Part shown: one piece after another, positions 1-10,632 of the stretch
Layout: each line of letters opens with the position of its first letter
How positions within the stretch are numbered: position 1 is the first letter of the stretch
Source: Burkholderiales bacterium
Lineage (GTDB): Bacteria; Pseudomonadota; Gammaproteobacteria; Burkholderiales; Burkholderiaceae_D
Reading direction: 5' to 3'
NCBI GenBank assembly: GCA_016177875.1
Contig: JACOUL010000008.1
Location: forward strand, 79,432-143,431
Length of the DNA: 64,000 nucleotides
Notes under the pieces: model-generated
What the model was told of the DNA's origin: nothing
Database searches by the model: none
What the model saw: only the letters and a program-made list of their open reading frames with translations
Position numbers and translations under genes: made by a program

Positions 1-525
1 GCCGAACATGCCGTACAGTTTTTGCAGATATGTTAGCGCCGCATCGGTAGACGCCAGCACATTGCGCCGATCGTCTTTGAAAGCGCTTTGCTTCAAGTTG
101 TAATCGCGTCCGGTCGATGGAATAAATTGCCACATGCCGGCGGCCTTGGCGCTGGACAGTGCTTGCGGGTTGAACGCGGATTCGATGAAGGGCAACAGCG
201 CCAGCTCCGTCGGCATATTACGCTTCTCCAGCTCTTCTAAGACGTGGAAAAGGTAGCGCGAGGCGCGTGTCGTGGTACGTTGAATGTAATCGGGGCGCGC
301 AGTGTACCAAGCCAACTGGTTTGCGACCAGCGGATTTTCTAAATCGGGAATGCCGAAACCATTGCGGATGCGTGCCCAGACATCGATTTCTTCAATGCCC
401 AAAAGCGGATTGGTTTCGTCAGGATCGTTGTAATTGAGGGAAATATCGCCGGCGTGGGACGCTAGGGGCGAACTTGCAAGCAATACGACAAACAGACGCG
501 CAGCGGTAGCTTTCAACAGATGCAT
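1..525 (-). CDS. mltD: Membrane-bound lytic murein transglycosylase D, N-terminal part (3' end lies beyond the window start)
   Basis: Reverse-strand ATG at 523-525. Translation MHLLKATAARLFVVLLASSPLASHAG... continues to ...RNMPTELALLPFIESAFNPQALSSAKAAGMWQFIPSTGRDYNLKQ, matching the conserved MltD lytic transglycosylase core. Signal peptide present. Confidence 0.8.
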   Translation of the reverse strand, partial: MHLLKATAARLFVVLLASSPLASHAGDISLNYNDPDETNPLLGIEEIDVWARIRNGFGIPDLENPLVANQLAWYTARPDYIQRTTTRASRYLFHVLEELEKRNMPTELALLPFIESAFNPQALSSAKAAGMWQFIPSTGRDYNLKQSAFKDDRRNVLASTDAALTYLQKLYGMFG

Positions 526-872
526 GGGCACGATACAAAAAATGACCGACCCTGCATCAGTCGGTTGTTGCGTTAATGAAGCTTAGCGAAGCTTGGATTG
601 AAGCTGTAAATAAGGCGCGAACGTCCGAAATTTTCGGTACGGCATTTTACCTGCGTTCCCATGCTCTAAATCAATTTTTAAGGGGAAATTTACGCAGAGC
701 ATGACGCTTATGATTTCGATATGGCAATTTAGTTTCCCAAAAGAAGAATTATTTTTTGATTAGGCGTAAAACTTGTCTAACAAATACCATTTTTGCTGGC
801 TTGACTTGGATCAAGTGAATTTCAGACCCCCTTTGCTACATTGGCCCGTCATATTGGCGTGTCGAGGTCCCT

Positions 873-2066
873 GTGCTAAAAAACCCCTTTCGTAGCCTGC
901 AGCTAAAAGGCAAGTCTCTTCTGCCTATCGTGCAAGGCGGTATGGGGGTGGGCATTTCCGCCCATCGCTTAGCGGGTACGGTCGCGAGCCATAATGCGGT
1001 CGGCACCATTGCCAGCGTGGACCTCCGGCGTCATCACAAGGATCTGATGGCGCAGACCGGTAAATCGCGCGACAAAGAATTGATCAATCGTGTCAATTTG
1101 ATTGCGCTGGATCGTGAAATCAAAGCCGCGAAAGAACTCGCCAACGGCTTCGGGCTGATCGCCGTGAATGTAATGCGGGCGGTGTCTGAATATGCCTCCT
1201 ACGTGCGCCAAGCATGCGAAAGCGAAGCCGATGCCGTGGTAGTGGGCGCGGGCTTGCCGATGGATTTGCCGGAACTGACCGCCGATTTTCCCCGTGTCGC
1301 GCTGATTCCCATTTTGTCCGATGTGCGCGGCATTGGGCTGATTCTAAAGAAGTGGATGCGCAAGAACCGCCTGCCCGACGCGATCGCGATTGAAAATCCG
1401 CGTTATGCCGCCGGACATTTGGGCGCCGCGCGTCCGGAAGACGTCGCCGATCCGCGTTTTCATATGCCTCACGTGTTGGAAGGTACGCTTGAGCTCTTCA
1501 AGGAACTGGGCATCGAAGGCGAAAAAATTCCGCTGATCGCTGCCGGCGGCATCAACAGTCATGAGAAAGTGCGCGAAATGTTGGCGTTGGGCGCAAGCGC
1601 GGTACAACTCGGCACGCCGTTCGCCGTTACCCAGGAAGGCGATGCGCATCCCAATTTCAAAAAGATACTGGCGGACGCCAAACCGGAAGACATCGTGACC
1701 TTCATGAGCGTGGCCGGTCTGCCGGCGCGCGCGGTACGCACAACATGGCTGGCGAATTATTTGGATAAGGAAGCCAAGCTTCAGGGTAAAGCCAAGCCCA
1801 AGGAGTGCTTGATGGCGTTTGACTGTCTACAGCAATGCGGCTTGCGTGACGGCATTCCAAAAGCGGGGCAATTCTGCATCGACAACCATTTGGGTTTTGC
1901 TTTGGCCGGCGACACCAAGCGCGGCCTATTTTTCAGAGGTTCCGAGAGTCTGCCGTTCGGCAATGAGATTCGGTCGGTGAAAGAGTTGCTGCAGTACCTG
2001 TTGACCGGCGAACGTCCCGAAAACTCTAGCGAAGAACAAACCGACGGGCATTTGGTGCCCGCGTAA
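873..2066 (+). CDS. Nitronate monooxygenase (NMO / 2-nitropropane dioxygenase-like) family protein
   Basis: 397-aa ORF. PIVQGGMGVGIS FMN-binding motif near the N-terminus and a GGI...LGA TIM-barrel signature. Confidence 0.7.
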   Translation: MLKNPFRSLQLKGKSLLPIVQGGMGVGISAHRLAGTVASHNAVGTIASVDLRRHHKDLMAQTGKSRDKELINRVNLIALDREIKAAKELANGFGLIAVNVMRAVSEYASYVRQACESEADAVVVGAGLPMDLPELTADFPRVALIPILSDVRGIGLILKKWMRKNRLPDAIAIENPRYAAGHLGAARPEDVADPRFHMPHVLEGTLELFKELGIEGEKIPLIAAGGINSHEKVREMLALGASAVQLGTPFAVTQEGDAHPNFKKILADAKPEDIVTFMSVAGLPARAVRTTWLANYLDKEAKLQGKAKPKECLMAFDCLQQCGLRDGIPKAGQFCIDNHLGFALAGDTKRGLFFRGSESLPFGNEIRSVKELLQYLLTGERPENSSEEQTDGHLVPA

Positions 2067-2840
2067 TTATTTGTAGGTGTTCTTCCATTCCCTCAGCGCC
2101 GCGAATGCGGCAATGGGCACATCCTCATATAAACGTCCCTCGCTGCGCAAGCGCTGTACGATTTCCGGTTCGCGATAACGCAAGAAAGGATTGGTCGCTT
2201 TTTCCAGGCCGATCGTTGACGGTACCGTCGGCACTTCTTGATCCCGCTTCGCTTGTTCCGTTTTGATTCGTTCTTGCAAGGCGCGATTGCCCGGTTCGAC
2301 TTCGGCGGCAAAGCGCAAATTGGCCAATGTGTATTCGTGCGCGCAAAACACTTCTGTAGCATCCGGCAAGGCAGCCAGCTTGGCCAGTGACGTTGCCATT
2401 TGCTGAGGCGTGCCTTCAAACAAGCGTCCGCACCCGCCTGCAAATAAAGTATCGCCGCAAAACAGCCATTTCTGCGCTTCGCAAAAATAAGCGATATGTC
2501 CGCGCGTATGGCCGGGCACCTCGATGACAGTCAATTCCAATACGGGTTGCGAAAGCCGAACGATATTGCCTTCGTCCAAAGCTTCGGTAACGCAATCGAT
2601 ATTGTCGTGACGCGGACCATATACCGGAACTTTGAACTGCCGCAAAAGCGCAGGTACCCCGCCGATGTGGTCGGCATGGTGATGTGTCAGTAAAATAGCG
2701 GAAAGAGACAAGTTGTGCGATGCTAATGCCGCCAGGATAGGTGCAGCATCGCCCGGATCGACTACCGCCGCATGCCTGCCGTCATGGATCAGCCACAGGT
2801 AATTGTCCTTGAACGCGGGAACCGCTAATACCTTAAACAT
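2067..2840 (-). CDS. gloB: Hydroxyacylglutathione hydrolase (glyoxalase II)
   Basis: Metallo-beta-lactamase motif [10 protein letters not shown]. GloB-like end to end. Start taken at [10 protein letters not shown], consistent with the gloB-yafS-rnhA-dnaQ synteny. Confidence 0.85.
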   Translation of the reverse strand: MFKVLAVPAFKDNYLWLIHDGRHAAVVDPGDAAPILAALASHNLSLSAILLTHHHADHIGGVPALLRQFKVPVYGPRHDNIDCVTEALDEGNIVRLSQPVLELTVIEVPGHTRGHIAYFCEAQKWLFCGDTLFAGGCGRLFEGTPQQMATSLAKLAALPDATEVFCAHEYTLANLRFAAEVEPGNRALQERIKTEQAKRDQEVPTVPSTIGLEKATNPFLRYREPEIVQRLRSEGRLYEDVPIAAFAALREWKNTYK

Positions 2841-2854
2841 AGAACATCCGCACC

Positions 2855-3634
2855 ATGCAACATCCGCCATCCGAAAAACCCATTATAGCGCTCGGCTCCT
2901 GGCTCGAGTCGCCGGCCGGCGTCTATGTCCGGCAATGGGAAGAGTCGCGGCTGGATGCATTGACGGCGGATATCTTCGGCTTCAACGCCATGCAAATCGG
3001 CTTGCCGCAAGTCGATGCGTTGCGCGCCAATCGCATGCCGCATAAGTGGCTATCCGATACCTTAATGCCTGCGCCGACTGAAAATGGGCCGCGAGCAGTC
3101 GTGGTCCATGATTTCGCCGAACTGCCGTTCGCATCGCAGAGCTTGGATTTGGTGGTGTTGCCGCATGTACTGGAATTCGCCGAAGAACCGCATCAAGTGC
3201 TGCGCGAAGTCGAGCGCGTGTTGATCCCCGAGGGCCAAGTCATCATTTGCGGATTCAATCCTGCGAGCTTGTGGGGTTTGCGCCAGGTAGCAGGGCGTTT
3301 AACCGGCGCGCACTTCTTGCCGCAAGACGGTGAATTCATCGGCATGCCGCGCATGAAGGATTGGCTCAAACTATTGAACCTGGGTGTGAATCGCGGCTAT
3401 TTCGGATGTTACGCGCCGCCGTTTCGCAAAGAGAAATGGCTGACGCGTTCCGCGTTCATGGAAAAGGCCGGCGACCGCTGGTGGCCATACTTGGGCGCGG
3501 TCTACATCGTGCAAGCGATCAAGCGCGTCAAAGGCATGCGCCTGATCGGTCCGGCATGGGTTAAGCCGAGTCCCGCAGTGACGGCGGGCATGCCTGCTAC
3601 CAACAAAATGCACAAAACGGAAGTCGATGGATAA
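2855..3634 (+). CDS. Class I SAM-dependent methyltransferase (YafS-like)
   Basis: 259-aa ORF with methyltransferase-fold motifs ([12 protein letters not shown]...[10 protein letters not shown]). Sits in the conserved gloB/rnhA position occupied by yafS in enterobacteria. Confidence 0.65.
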   Translation: MQHPPSEKPIIALGSWLESPAGVYVRQWEESRLDALTADIFGFNAMQIGLPQVDALRANRMPHKWLSDTLMPAPTENGPRAVVVHDFAELPFASQSLDLVVLPHVLEFAEEPHQVLREVERVLIPEGQVIICGFNPASLWGLRQVAGRLTGAHFLPQDGEFIGMPRMKDWLKLLNLGVNRGYFGCYAPPFRKEKWLTRSAFMEKAGDRWWPYLGAVYIVQAIKRVKGMRLIGPAWVKPSPAVTAGMPATNKMHKTEVDG

Positions 3635-4061
3635 AGTTGAGATTTACACCGACGGCGCTTGCAAAGGCAATCCCGGTCCGGGTGGCTGGGGCGCGTGGCT
3701 CGTGTGCGACGGTAATGAAAAAGAACTCTTCGGCGGCGAGCGCGACACCACCAACAACCGCATGGAATTAAGAGCGGTGATTGAGGCGTTGAATGCATTG
3801 AAGCGTCCATGCGAAGTGACCGTGCATACCGACAGCGAATACGTTCACAAAGGCATCAGCGAGTGGATACACGGTTGGAAAGCGCGCGGATGGAAAACCG
3901 CGGCCAAGGCGCCGGTAAAGAATGTCGACTTGTGGCAAGCGCTCGATGAAGCGCAGGCCAAACATAAGATCGAATGGCGCTGGGTCAAGGGGCACGCCGG
4001 ACATGAAGGTAACGAGCGCGCCGATCAGCTGGCCAACCGCGGCGTTGAAACGATCCTGTGA
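3627..4061 (+). CDS. rnhA: Ribonuclease HI
   Basis: [23 protein letters not shown]...HTDSEYV...[14 protein letters not shown]: canonical RNase H catalytic residues. Confidence 0.9.
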   Translation: MDKVEIYTDGACKGNPGPGGWGAWLVCDGNEKELFGGERDTTNNRMELRAVIEALNALKRPCEVTVHTDSEYVHKGISEWIHGWKARGWKTAAKAPVKNVDLWQALDEAQAKHKIEWRWVKGHAGHEGNERADQLANRGVETIL

Positions 4062-4105
4062 ATCTCGTCCACCGCAACGCCGAACGCATCGTTACCTCTT
4101 TCTTC

Positions 4106-5506
4106 CTACTGTTCTAAAGACAACCGCCACCCCCCGCCGAGAGCTCTAAACAGATCGGCTTGCGTGGCGGCGAGCGCGCGGTGCTCATCCGCATTAGCCG
4201 CTTGCGCCGTGAGCGCGAGACGCTCGGCATTGATTACGTCGAGCCGGCTGGCTTCGCCGCCCTTGTAGCGCAGCCGCGTCAGTTCGGCAGCGCGCAGCAG
4301 CGCCTGCGCACGCCGTTCGCCGCTATCCGCGCTGCTGCGCGTCTCAGCGACCGCCGCAATCGCATTGCGTACTTCGCGGAAGGCATTGGCCACGCTGTCG
4401 CGGTAGTCGAGCTCGGCTTGCAGCTGCTGCGCTTGCACCACTTCCTTCTGCGCCGAAAGGCGTCCCCCGTTCCAGATCGGTTGCGTGATCGATCCGACCA
4501 CGTTCCACAACAGCGACGGCCCGCTCATGAGCTGCGACAGCCGCGTGCTCTCATGGCCGACCGAGCCGGTGAGGGCGATGCGCGGGAAATAAGCCGCACG
4601 CGCCGCGTCTACCTGCGCACCGGCCGCGCGCAGGCGCGCCTCGGCCGCTTGCACGTCGGGACGGCGCAGCAGCAAATCGGAAGGCAAGTCTGCGGGCAGC
4701 GCACTGCTTGCTACCACCGGCTTGCCGGCACGCGCTACCTGCTGTTCGATCATCGCCTTGGGCGAGCGCCCGAGAACGATCGCCAGCGCGCGCTCCGCTT
4801 CACCGCGGGCGCGGTCGAGCTTGGGCAGTTGCGCTTCGTTGCCGATCAGTTCGGCGTCGAGCTGGCGGATGTCCAGCTCGCCGATATCGCCGTGATTGAA
4901 GCGCAGGCGCTGCAGCTTGAGGCTCTCGCGTTGTGCTTCCACCGCCTCGCCAAATAAGCGGCGCTGCGCGTCCAGGGACTGCAGCGCGGCATACGACTGC
5001 ACCACTTGCGCGATCAGCGCGGTGCGCAGCGTCTCGCGCGCGTATTCGGTGGCGAGTAGTTCTTCGCGTGCGGCGGAGGTGGCGTTCGCAGCCCGGCCCC
5101 AGAGATCCAGCTCGTAAGCGACGTCGAGCGTGATGCGATGATCGTTGGTCACCAGCGGCGTGCCCGCCGGCAGCGGCATGGTGCCGTTCTGGCTCATGCG
5201 CTGGCGGCTATTGTTGAAGCTCGCACTCACGCTCGGCAGCTGGTCGGCGCGCGCCAGCTTGAGCGCCGCGCGCGACTCGTCGATGCGCGCCATCGCGCGC
5301 GCCAGGTCTCGGTTGTGCGCGAGCGCTTCCTCGATCAGCGCATTGAGCTGCTCGTCGCCGAACTGTTTCCACCATGCAGCGGGCACCGGTTCCATCTTGG
5401 CGCCGGCAGGCAGTTCCAACGGCGCCATGCTCTTGGGCGCTTCGCCCGGCGTTGCGCAGGCGGCCAAGGCAGCCGCCGCAGCTATCGTCAATACGAAATT
5501 TTTCAT
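4106..5506 (-). CDS. RND efflux system outer-membrane channel lipoprotein (NodT/OprM family)
   Basis: 466 aa. Lipoprotein signal LAAC. OEP-family coiled-coil repeats. 4-nt overlap with the upstream RND pump gene. Confidence 0.85.
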   Translation of the reverse strand: MKNFVLTIAAAAALAACATPGEAPKSMAPLELPAGAKMEPVPAAWWKQFGDEQLNALIEEALAHNRDLARAMARIDESRAALKLARADQLPSVSASFNNSRQRMSQNGTMPLPAGTPLVTNDHRITLDVAYELDLWGRAANATSAAREELLATEYARETLRTALIAQVVQSYAALQSLDAQRRLFGEAVEAQRESLKLQRLRFNHGDIGELDIRQLDAELIGNEAQLPKLDRARGEAERALAIVLGRSPKAMIEQQVARAGKPVVASSALPADLPSDLLLRRPDVQAAEARLRAAGAQVDAARAAYFPRIALTGSVGHESTRLSQLMSGPSLLWNVVGSITQPIWNGGRLSAQKEVVQAQQLQAELDYRDSVANAFREVRNAIAAVAETRSSADSGERRAQALLRAAELTRLRYKGGEASRLDVINAERLALTAQAANADEHRALAATQADLFRALGGGWRLSLEQ

Positions 5507-8500
5507 GCCGTTCCTCTTTCCGGCTTGGGCAGCTCGGCCTGGATTTCGCGCGTGCTGCGGTGCTCGCGCAATCGGCGAGCGGTGATGACTTTGAAGAACA
5601 TGGGTACGAAGAAGATGGCGAGGAAAGTAGCAGCGAGCATGCCGCCCATCACGCCGGTTCCGACTGAGCGCCGTGCTCCGGCGCCCGCGCCGCTGGAGAT
5701 CGCCAGCGGCAGTACGCCGAGTATGAAGGCAAGCGAAGTCATGATGATGGGACGGAAGCGCAGGCGCGCGGCTTCCAATGCCGCCGCCGAGGGCGACAAG
5801 CCTTCGTGATGCTTCAACGACGCATACTCGACGATCAGGATGGCGTTCTTCGCCGCCAGGCCCAACAGCGTGACCAAGCCGATCTGGAAGTACACGTCAT
5901 TCGTCATGCCGCGCAGCCACACGGCGGCGAACGCGCCGAAGGTTCCGAAGGGCAGGGCGAGCAGCACCGATAGCGGCAGGCTCCACTTCTCGTATTGCGC
6001 CGAGAGAATCAGGAATACCATCAGCGCGCCGAGCAGCAGCGCGATGCCCGAGGTGCCGGAAGAACGCTTCTCTTGATAGGAGGCGCCGCCCCAGTCGAAG
6101 CTGAAATCGGTCGGCAGCACTTCCTTGGCGATGCGCTCCACTTCGGCGATCGCCTGGCCCGAACTCACGCCGGGCGCGCCCTGGCCGAACAGCTTGACCG
6201 CCGGCAGGTTGTTGAAACGATCCAACGTTTCCGGGCCGGCCACGTACTTCACGCTTGCCAGCGCCGATACCGGCACCATCTCGCCGCTGCTCGAACGCAC
6301 CCACATGCGTCCGATGTCATCGGGCTGCTTGCGAAAGCGAGCGTCGGCCGACATCAGCACTTGCCAGGTGCGGCCGTACTTGTTGAAGTCGTTGACGTAA
6401 TAGCTGCCCAGCGTGGCAGATAGCGTGTCGAATACATCGTTGATCGGCACGCCGAGCGCCTTGGCGCGTTCGCGGTCGACGTCGACATATAGCTGCGGCG
6501 TAGTGGCGCGCCACAGCGTCTGTACGCCGGCCAGCTGCTTGCTCTTGGATGCCGCCGCCATGAATTGCTGCGACACTTCCTGCAGGCGCTTGGCGCCGCC
6601 TTCGCCACGGTTCTGCAGGTAGAGCTCGAAACCGCCGGCCTGGCCGAGGCCGAAAATTGGCGGCGGATTGAATGCCAGCACCAGCGCTTCCTTGATATGC
6701 CCGGTTTTCATGAACAGGTCGCCCACCAGCGCCTGCACCGGCATCGGCCGTTCCTTCCAATCTTTCTGTGTCACGAAGATGGTGGCCGCGTTGTTGCGGT
6801 AGCCGCCGCCGAGGAAGTCGAAGCCGGTGAAGGCGACCGCATCCTGGTTGTAGGGATTGGCTTTGATGATCTTCAGCACTTCGCCCACCACCTTGTCGGT
6901 GCGCTCCAGCGACGCGCCATCGGGCAGAATCACCGCCGAAATGTAGAAGCCTTGGTCTTCGTCGGGCACGAGCGAGCCGGGCGTGATGCGCCACAGTCCC
7001 ACTGCCAGCAACACCATGCCCGCGAACAGCGCGAGCCCGATGCCGGCGCGCCGTACCATGAAGCCCACGCCTTCCACATAGTGGCCGGTGGCGCGGTGGA
7101 AGAAATCGTTGAACCAGCGGAAGAAGCGGCCCGGTTGCCTGTGTTCGTGCTTCAGGATCAGCACGCACAAGCTGGGCGTGAGCGTCAGCGCGACCAAGCC
7201 GGAGATCACCACCGCGATGGCGATGGTGACGGCGAACTGGCGATACAGCTCACCCGTCAAGCCGCCGAGGAAGGCGATCGGCACGAACACCGCGCACAGC
7301 ACGAGCACGATGGCGATCACCGGACCCGACACTTCTTTCATCGCCTGGATCGCGGCGTCGCGCGCCGGCAAATGCTGCTCATGCATGATGCGCTCGACGT
7401 TCTCCAGCACGACGATGGCGTCGTCCACCACGATGCCGATCGCCAGCACCATGCCGAACAGCGTGAGCGTGTTGATGGAATAGCCGAGCACCAGCAAGCC
7501 GGCCAATGTGCCGATCAGCGACACCGGCACCGCCACCACCGGAATCAGCGTGGCGCGCCAGTTTTGCAGGAATAGGAAGACGACGGCGATCACCAGCACC
7601 ATGGCTTCCAGCAGTGTCTTCATCACTTCCGTGATCGACACTTTCACGAAGCGCGTGGTGTCATAAGGGATGGAGTAGGTGATGCCCTTGGGGAAGCGCT
7701 GCGAGAGCTTTTCCACCGTGCCGCTCACCTCTTGCGCAACGTCGAGCGCATTGGCGCCGGGCTGCAGGAAGACGCCGACCAGCGTGGCCGGCTGGCCGTT
7801 GATGCGGCCGATGAAGTCATAATCTTTCGAACCCAGTTCGACGCGCGCCACATCCTTCAAACGTACGGCGCTGCCGCCTTGATCGGCGCGCACGATGATC
7901 TGCTCGAACTGCGCCGGGTCGGCGAGGCGCCCCTGAGCGGTGATCGTGTAGACCATTTCCTGCGCGCCGCCGGTGGGCGATTGCCCAACCTTACCGGCGG
8001 CGAATTGCGCGTTCTGCTCATTGATCGCGCGCGCCACGTCGTTCGTGGTCAGATGCAATTGCGCCAGGCGATCCGGCTGCAGCCAGATGCGCATGGCATA
8101 GTCCTTGGCGCCGAAGATCTGCACGTTGGTGGTGCCGGGCACGCGCTTCAAGGAATCAAGCACGTTCAGCGTCACGTAATTGCTGATCGCGAGATCGTCC
8201 TTGCTGTTGTCGGGCGAGTAGAAGGCGAACACCTGCAGGAAACTCGACGAACCTTTTTCCACGGTGACGCCCTGGCGGCGCACTTCCTGCGGCAGCTTGG
8301 CCTCAATTTGCTTGACGCGGTTGTTGACCAGCTGCGCGGCCTGGTCGACGTTGCTGCCGATGTCGAAAGTGACTTGGATCTGCACCACGCCGTTCGAGGT
8401 GGAGGTCGAGCCCATGTAGATCATGTGCTCGACGCCGTTGATCGCGTTTTCGATCGGTGCGGCCACCGTTTGCTCGATGACTTCGGCGCTGGCGCCGGGA

Positions 8501-8649
8501 TAGACGGCGGTCACGGTAACGACTGGCGGTGCGATCTCGGGATATTGCGCAATCGGCAAGGCACGCGATGCAGCCAGGCCGGCGATCACGATGAAGATCG
8601 ACAGCACGGCGGCGAAGATCGGCCGATCAATGAAGAAGCGGGAAAACAT
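5503..8649 (-). CDS. RND multidrug efflux transporter permease (HAE1, AcrB/MexB family)
   Basis: 1048 aa. Starts MFSRFFIDRPIFAAVLSIFIV (AcrB-type N-terminus). 12-TM architecture with two large periplasmic loops. Confidence 0.9.
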   Translation of the reverse strand: MFSRFFIDRPIFAAVLSIFIVIAGLAASRALPIAQYPEIAPPVVTVTAVYPGASAEVIEQTVAAPIENAINGVEHMIYMGSTSTSNGVVQIQVTFDIGSNVDQAAQLVNNRVKQIEAKLPQEVRRQGVTVEKGSSSFLQVFAFYSPDNSKDDLAISNYVTLNVLDSLKRVPGTTNVQIFGAKDYAMRIWLQPDRLAQLHLTTNDVARAINEQNAQFAAGKVGQSPTGGAQEMVYTITAQGRLADPAQFEQIIVRADQGGSAVRLKDVARVELGSKDYDFIGRINGQPATLVGVFLQPGANALDVAQEVSGTVEKLSQRFPKGITYSIPYDTTRFVKVSITEVMKTLLEAMVLVIAVVFLFLQNWRATLIPVVAVPVSLIGTLAGLLVLGYSINTLTLFGMVLAIGIVVDDAIVVLENVERIMHEQHLPARDAAIQAMKEVSGPVIAIVLVLCAVFVPIAFLGGLTGELYRQFAVTIAIAVVISGLVALTLTPSLCVLILKHEHRQPGRFFRWFNDFFHRATGHYVEGVGFMVRRAGIGLALFAGMVLLAVGLWRITPGSLVPDEDQGFYISAVILPDGASLERTDKVVGEVLKIIKANPYNQDAVAFTGFDFLGGGYRNNAATIFVTQKDWKERPMPVQALVGDLFMKTGHIKEALVLAFNPPPIFGLGQAGGFELYLQNRGEGGAKRLQEVSQQFMAAASKSKQLAGVQTLWRATTPQLYVDVDRERAKALGVPINDVFDTLSATLGSYYVNDFNKYGRTWQVLMSADARFRKQPDDIGRMWVRSSSGEMVPVSALASVKYVAGPETLDRFNNLPAVKLFGQGAPGVSSGQAIAEVERIAKEVLPTDFSFDWGGASYQEKRSSGTSGIALLLGALMVFLILSAQYEKWSLPLSVLLALPFGTFGAFAAVWLRGMTNDVYFQIGLVTLLGLAAKNAILIVEYASLKHHEGLSPSAAALEAARLRFRPIIMTSLAFILGVLPLAISSGAGAGARRSVGTGVMGGMLAATFLAIFFVPMFFKVITARRLREHRSTREIQAELPKPERGTA

Positions 8650-8659
8650 GGCGCTCCCC

Positions 8660-9841
8660 TTACTTCGCCAACGCGACTTTGGCCGCGGGAGCGGGGGCAG
8701 GCGCGGGTGTAGAAGCGGCCACCTGGATCGGCGCGCCGGGGAAGAAGATCCGCGCCATGCCGTCGACGATCACTTCATCGCCCGCTGCCAGGCCCTGCGT
8801 GACGATCCAGCCCTCGGCCGACTGCTCGCCGACTTGCACCGGCTTAGGATTGGCTTTGCCGTTCGCTGCTACATAGACGAACTTGCCTTGCGGTCCTTCC
8901 AGCACGGCACGCGCAGGCACGCGCAAGGCTTGCGGGCGGACTGCGCCGAGCAGGCGCACGCGCACGAACTGGCCCGGACGCATGACGCCATCCGGATTCG
9001 GAACTTCAGCTTCGGCCTCGATGGTGCCGGTGGTGCGCGAGACGCGCGTGTCGGAGAACAAGAGCTTGCCTTTGCGCGGATAGACGCTGCCGTCGGCAAG
9101 CTTGACTTCTACTTCGAAGGCTTCGCGCTTAGGCAATTGCAGACGGCCCGCGGCCACCTCGCTGCGCCAGCGCATCTGGTCGGTGTCGGCGATACCGAAG
9201 CGGATCTTGATCGGATCGGTTTGTGTGACGGTAGTGAGCAGCACCTGCGGCCCGGACACCAATGTGCCCTCTGAGACTTGCGAGCGGCCCGCCATGCCGG
9301 CGATCGGCGATTCGACGCGCGTGTAGCCGAAATCCAGCGCAGCTTGCGCGCGCACTGCCTTCGCGCGTTGCAGGTCGGCGCGCGTCACCGCTTCCGCGGA
9401 CACCGCCTCGTCGTAGTCGCGCTGGCTGGTGGCCTGGGCTTCCCACAAGGGCTTCAAACGCGCAAGAGTACGCGCGGCTTGCGCATGGCGCGCCTCGGCG
9501 GCGGCCACCTCGGCGTCGGCGCGATGCAGTGTCGCGCGCAGCGGTTCAGGGTCGATGCTGTAGAGAGACTGTCCGTGCTTAACCGGCCCGCCTTCCGCGA
9601 AATTGCGCTTCAATAAAATGCCAGACACACGCGCACGCACTTCCACGTCGCGCGAGCCGGCCGTCTGGCCGACGTATTCATAAATTGCGGGCACGTCGGC
9701 AGCGGCGACCTTTTGCACGGCCACTTGCGCCGGCGGCATCCCCCCCGCGCCGGGCGAGGAACCATTGGCAGGGCTGCATGCAGCCAATACCGCCGCGATG
9801 GCCGGCGGCGTCAGAAGAAAAGCGAGGCGTTGTGCGTACAT
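8660..9841 (-). CDS. RND efflux periplasmic adaptor (membrane fusion protein, AcrA/MexA family)
   Basis: Lipoprotein-type signal (LAAC), coiled-coil hairpin and beta-barrel segments. Start chosen at MYAQRLAFLL, preceded by GGAAGAGGA. Confidence 0.85.
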   Translation of the reverse strand: MYAQRLAFLLTPPAIAAVLAACSPANGSSPGAGGMPPAQVAVQKVAAADVPAIYEYVGQTAGSRDVEVRARVSGILLKRNFAEGGPVKHGQSLYSIDPEPLRATLHRADAEVAAAEARHAQAARTLARLKPLWEAQATSQRDYDEAVSAEAVTRADLQRAKAVRAQAALDFGYTRVESPIAGMAGRSQVSEGTLVSGPQVLLTTVTQTDPIKIRFGIADTDQMRWRSEVAAGRLQLPKREAFEVEVKLADGSVYPRKGKLLFSDTRVSRTTGTIEAEAEVPNPDGVMRPGQFVRVRLLGAVRPQALRVPARAVLEGPQGKFVYVAANGKANPKPVQVGEQSAEGWIVTQGLAAGDEVIVDGMARIFFPGAPIQVAASTPAPAPAPAAKVALAK

Positions 9842-9970
9842 GGTATTCCTCTTCCTGTTATGCGGCGGCAACGGCTATGCATTCCTCTTGAATAATCTGA
9901 GGGCGAGAACCGTCGAATTTGTTAAAGACAATTGGGTTGATTAGTAATATACTGGATGAGATGTTCTTAG

Positions 9971-9985
9971 TCAAGAATGTCTTGA
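9971..9985. promoter_or_regulatory. Perfect palindrome TCAAGA-ATG-TCTTGA in the divergent marR / RND-operon intergenic region (candidate MarR operator)
   Basis: 6-3-6 inverted repeat read directly from the sequence, inside an AT-rich promoter region between the two divergent genes. Confidence 0.4.
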
Positions 9986-10020
9986 ACGGGAACAAATCGG
10001 CAAGAAAAGTGTCGGAGTGA

Positions 10021-10599
10021 TTGCACTTATCTCGACACCGAACCAAGCTGAGCTTATCCTTCGCATATGAAATGCATATGAAAAGCATGAAAAAATCGAC
10101 CGCCAAGACTTGTAGCCATGCAGCCCCGCCGCGCTGCGCAGGCCGCGTCACGCCCGAAGCCGATCTGACCTGGCTGCTGCATCGCGCTGCCCACCGCATG
10201 CGGGCGGCGATGGAGGAGCAAGTCGAGAAGCACGACATTCAACTGCGCGACTACCTCGTGCTTACCGCTCTTGGCGGAGAAGCGCAAACTACGCAGCTCG
10301 CTTTGGGACAGGCAATGGGTCTCGACAAGACTACGATGACATCGCTGCTCGATCGTCTCGAACAGGAAGGGCTGGTTGTCCGCTGCTCCGTTCCGCACGA
10401 CCGCCGTGCCCGCATACCGCAGGCGACCGACGCCGGCCGCGCTCTGCAGGCCAAGGTGGCCAACGCGCTTGCGCGCGTCGAATCCGAATTGCTTGCGGCG
10501 TTCAGCGCAGCGGAACAGCACTCCCTGCGCTCCATGCTCTGTCACATCATCCGCACCGGCGAAGGGTCCGACACCCACATTTCCGGCTCCTGCGTTTGA
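10021..10599 (+). CDS. MarR family transcriptional regulator (likely repressor of the divergent RND operon)
   Basis: Winged-helix MarR core (LRDYLVLTALGGEAQTTQLALGQAMGLDKTTMTSLLDRLEQEGLVVR...DRRA). The true start may be the internal M near 10078-10090. Confidence 0.75.
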   Translation: MHLSRHRTKLSLSFAYEMHMKSMKKSTAKTCSHAAPPRCAGRVTPEADLTWLLHRAAHRMRAAMEEQVEKHDIQLRDYLVLTALGGEAQTTQLALGQAMGLDKTTMTSLLDRLEQEGLVVRCSVPHDRRARIPQATDAGRALQAKVANALARVESELLAAFSAAEQHSLRSMLCHIIRTGEGSDTHISGSCV

Positions 10600-10632
10600 G
10601 CTGACTGTAGAGAATACGTGGCGCTGCATAAC

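Noticed and set aside
5138-7575. Several long ORFs (up to 336 aa) antisense to or overlapping the RND pump and outer-membrane channel genes
   Set aside because: Typical stop-codon-poor antisense frames in >60% GC DNA. Arg/Ala/Gly-rich low-complexity translations. Fully contained within well-supported efflux genes.
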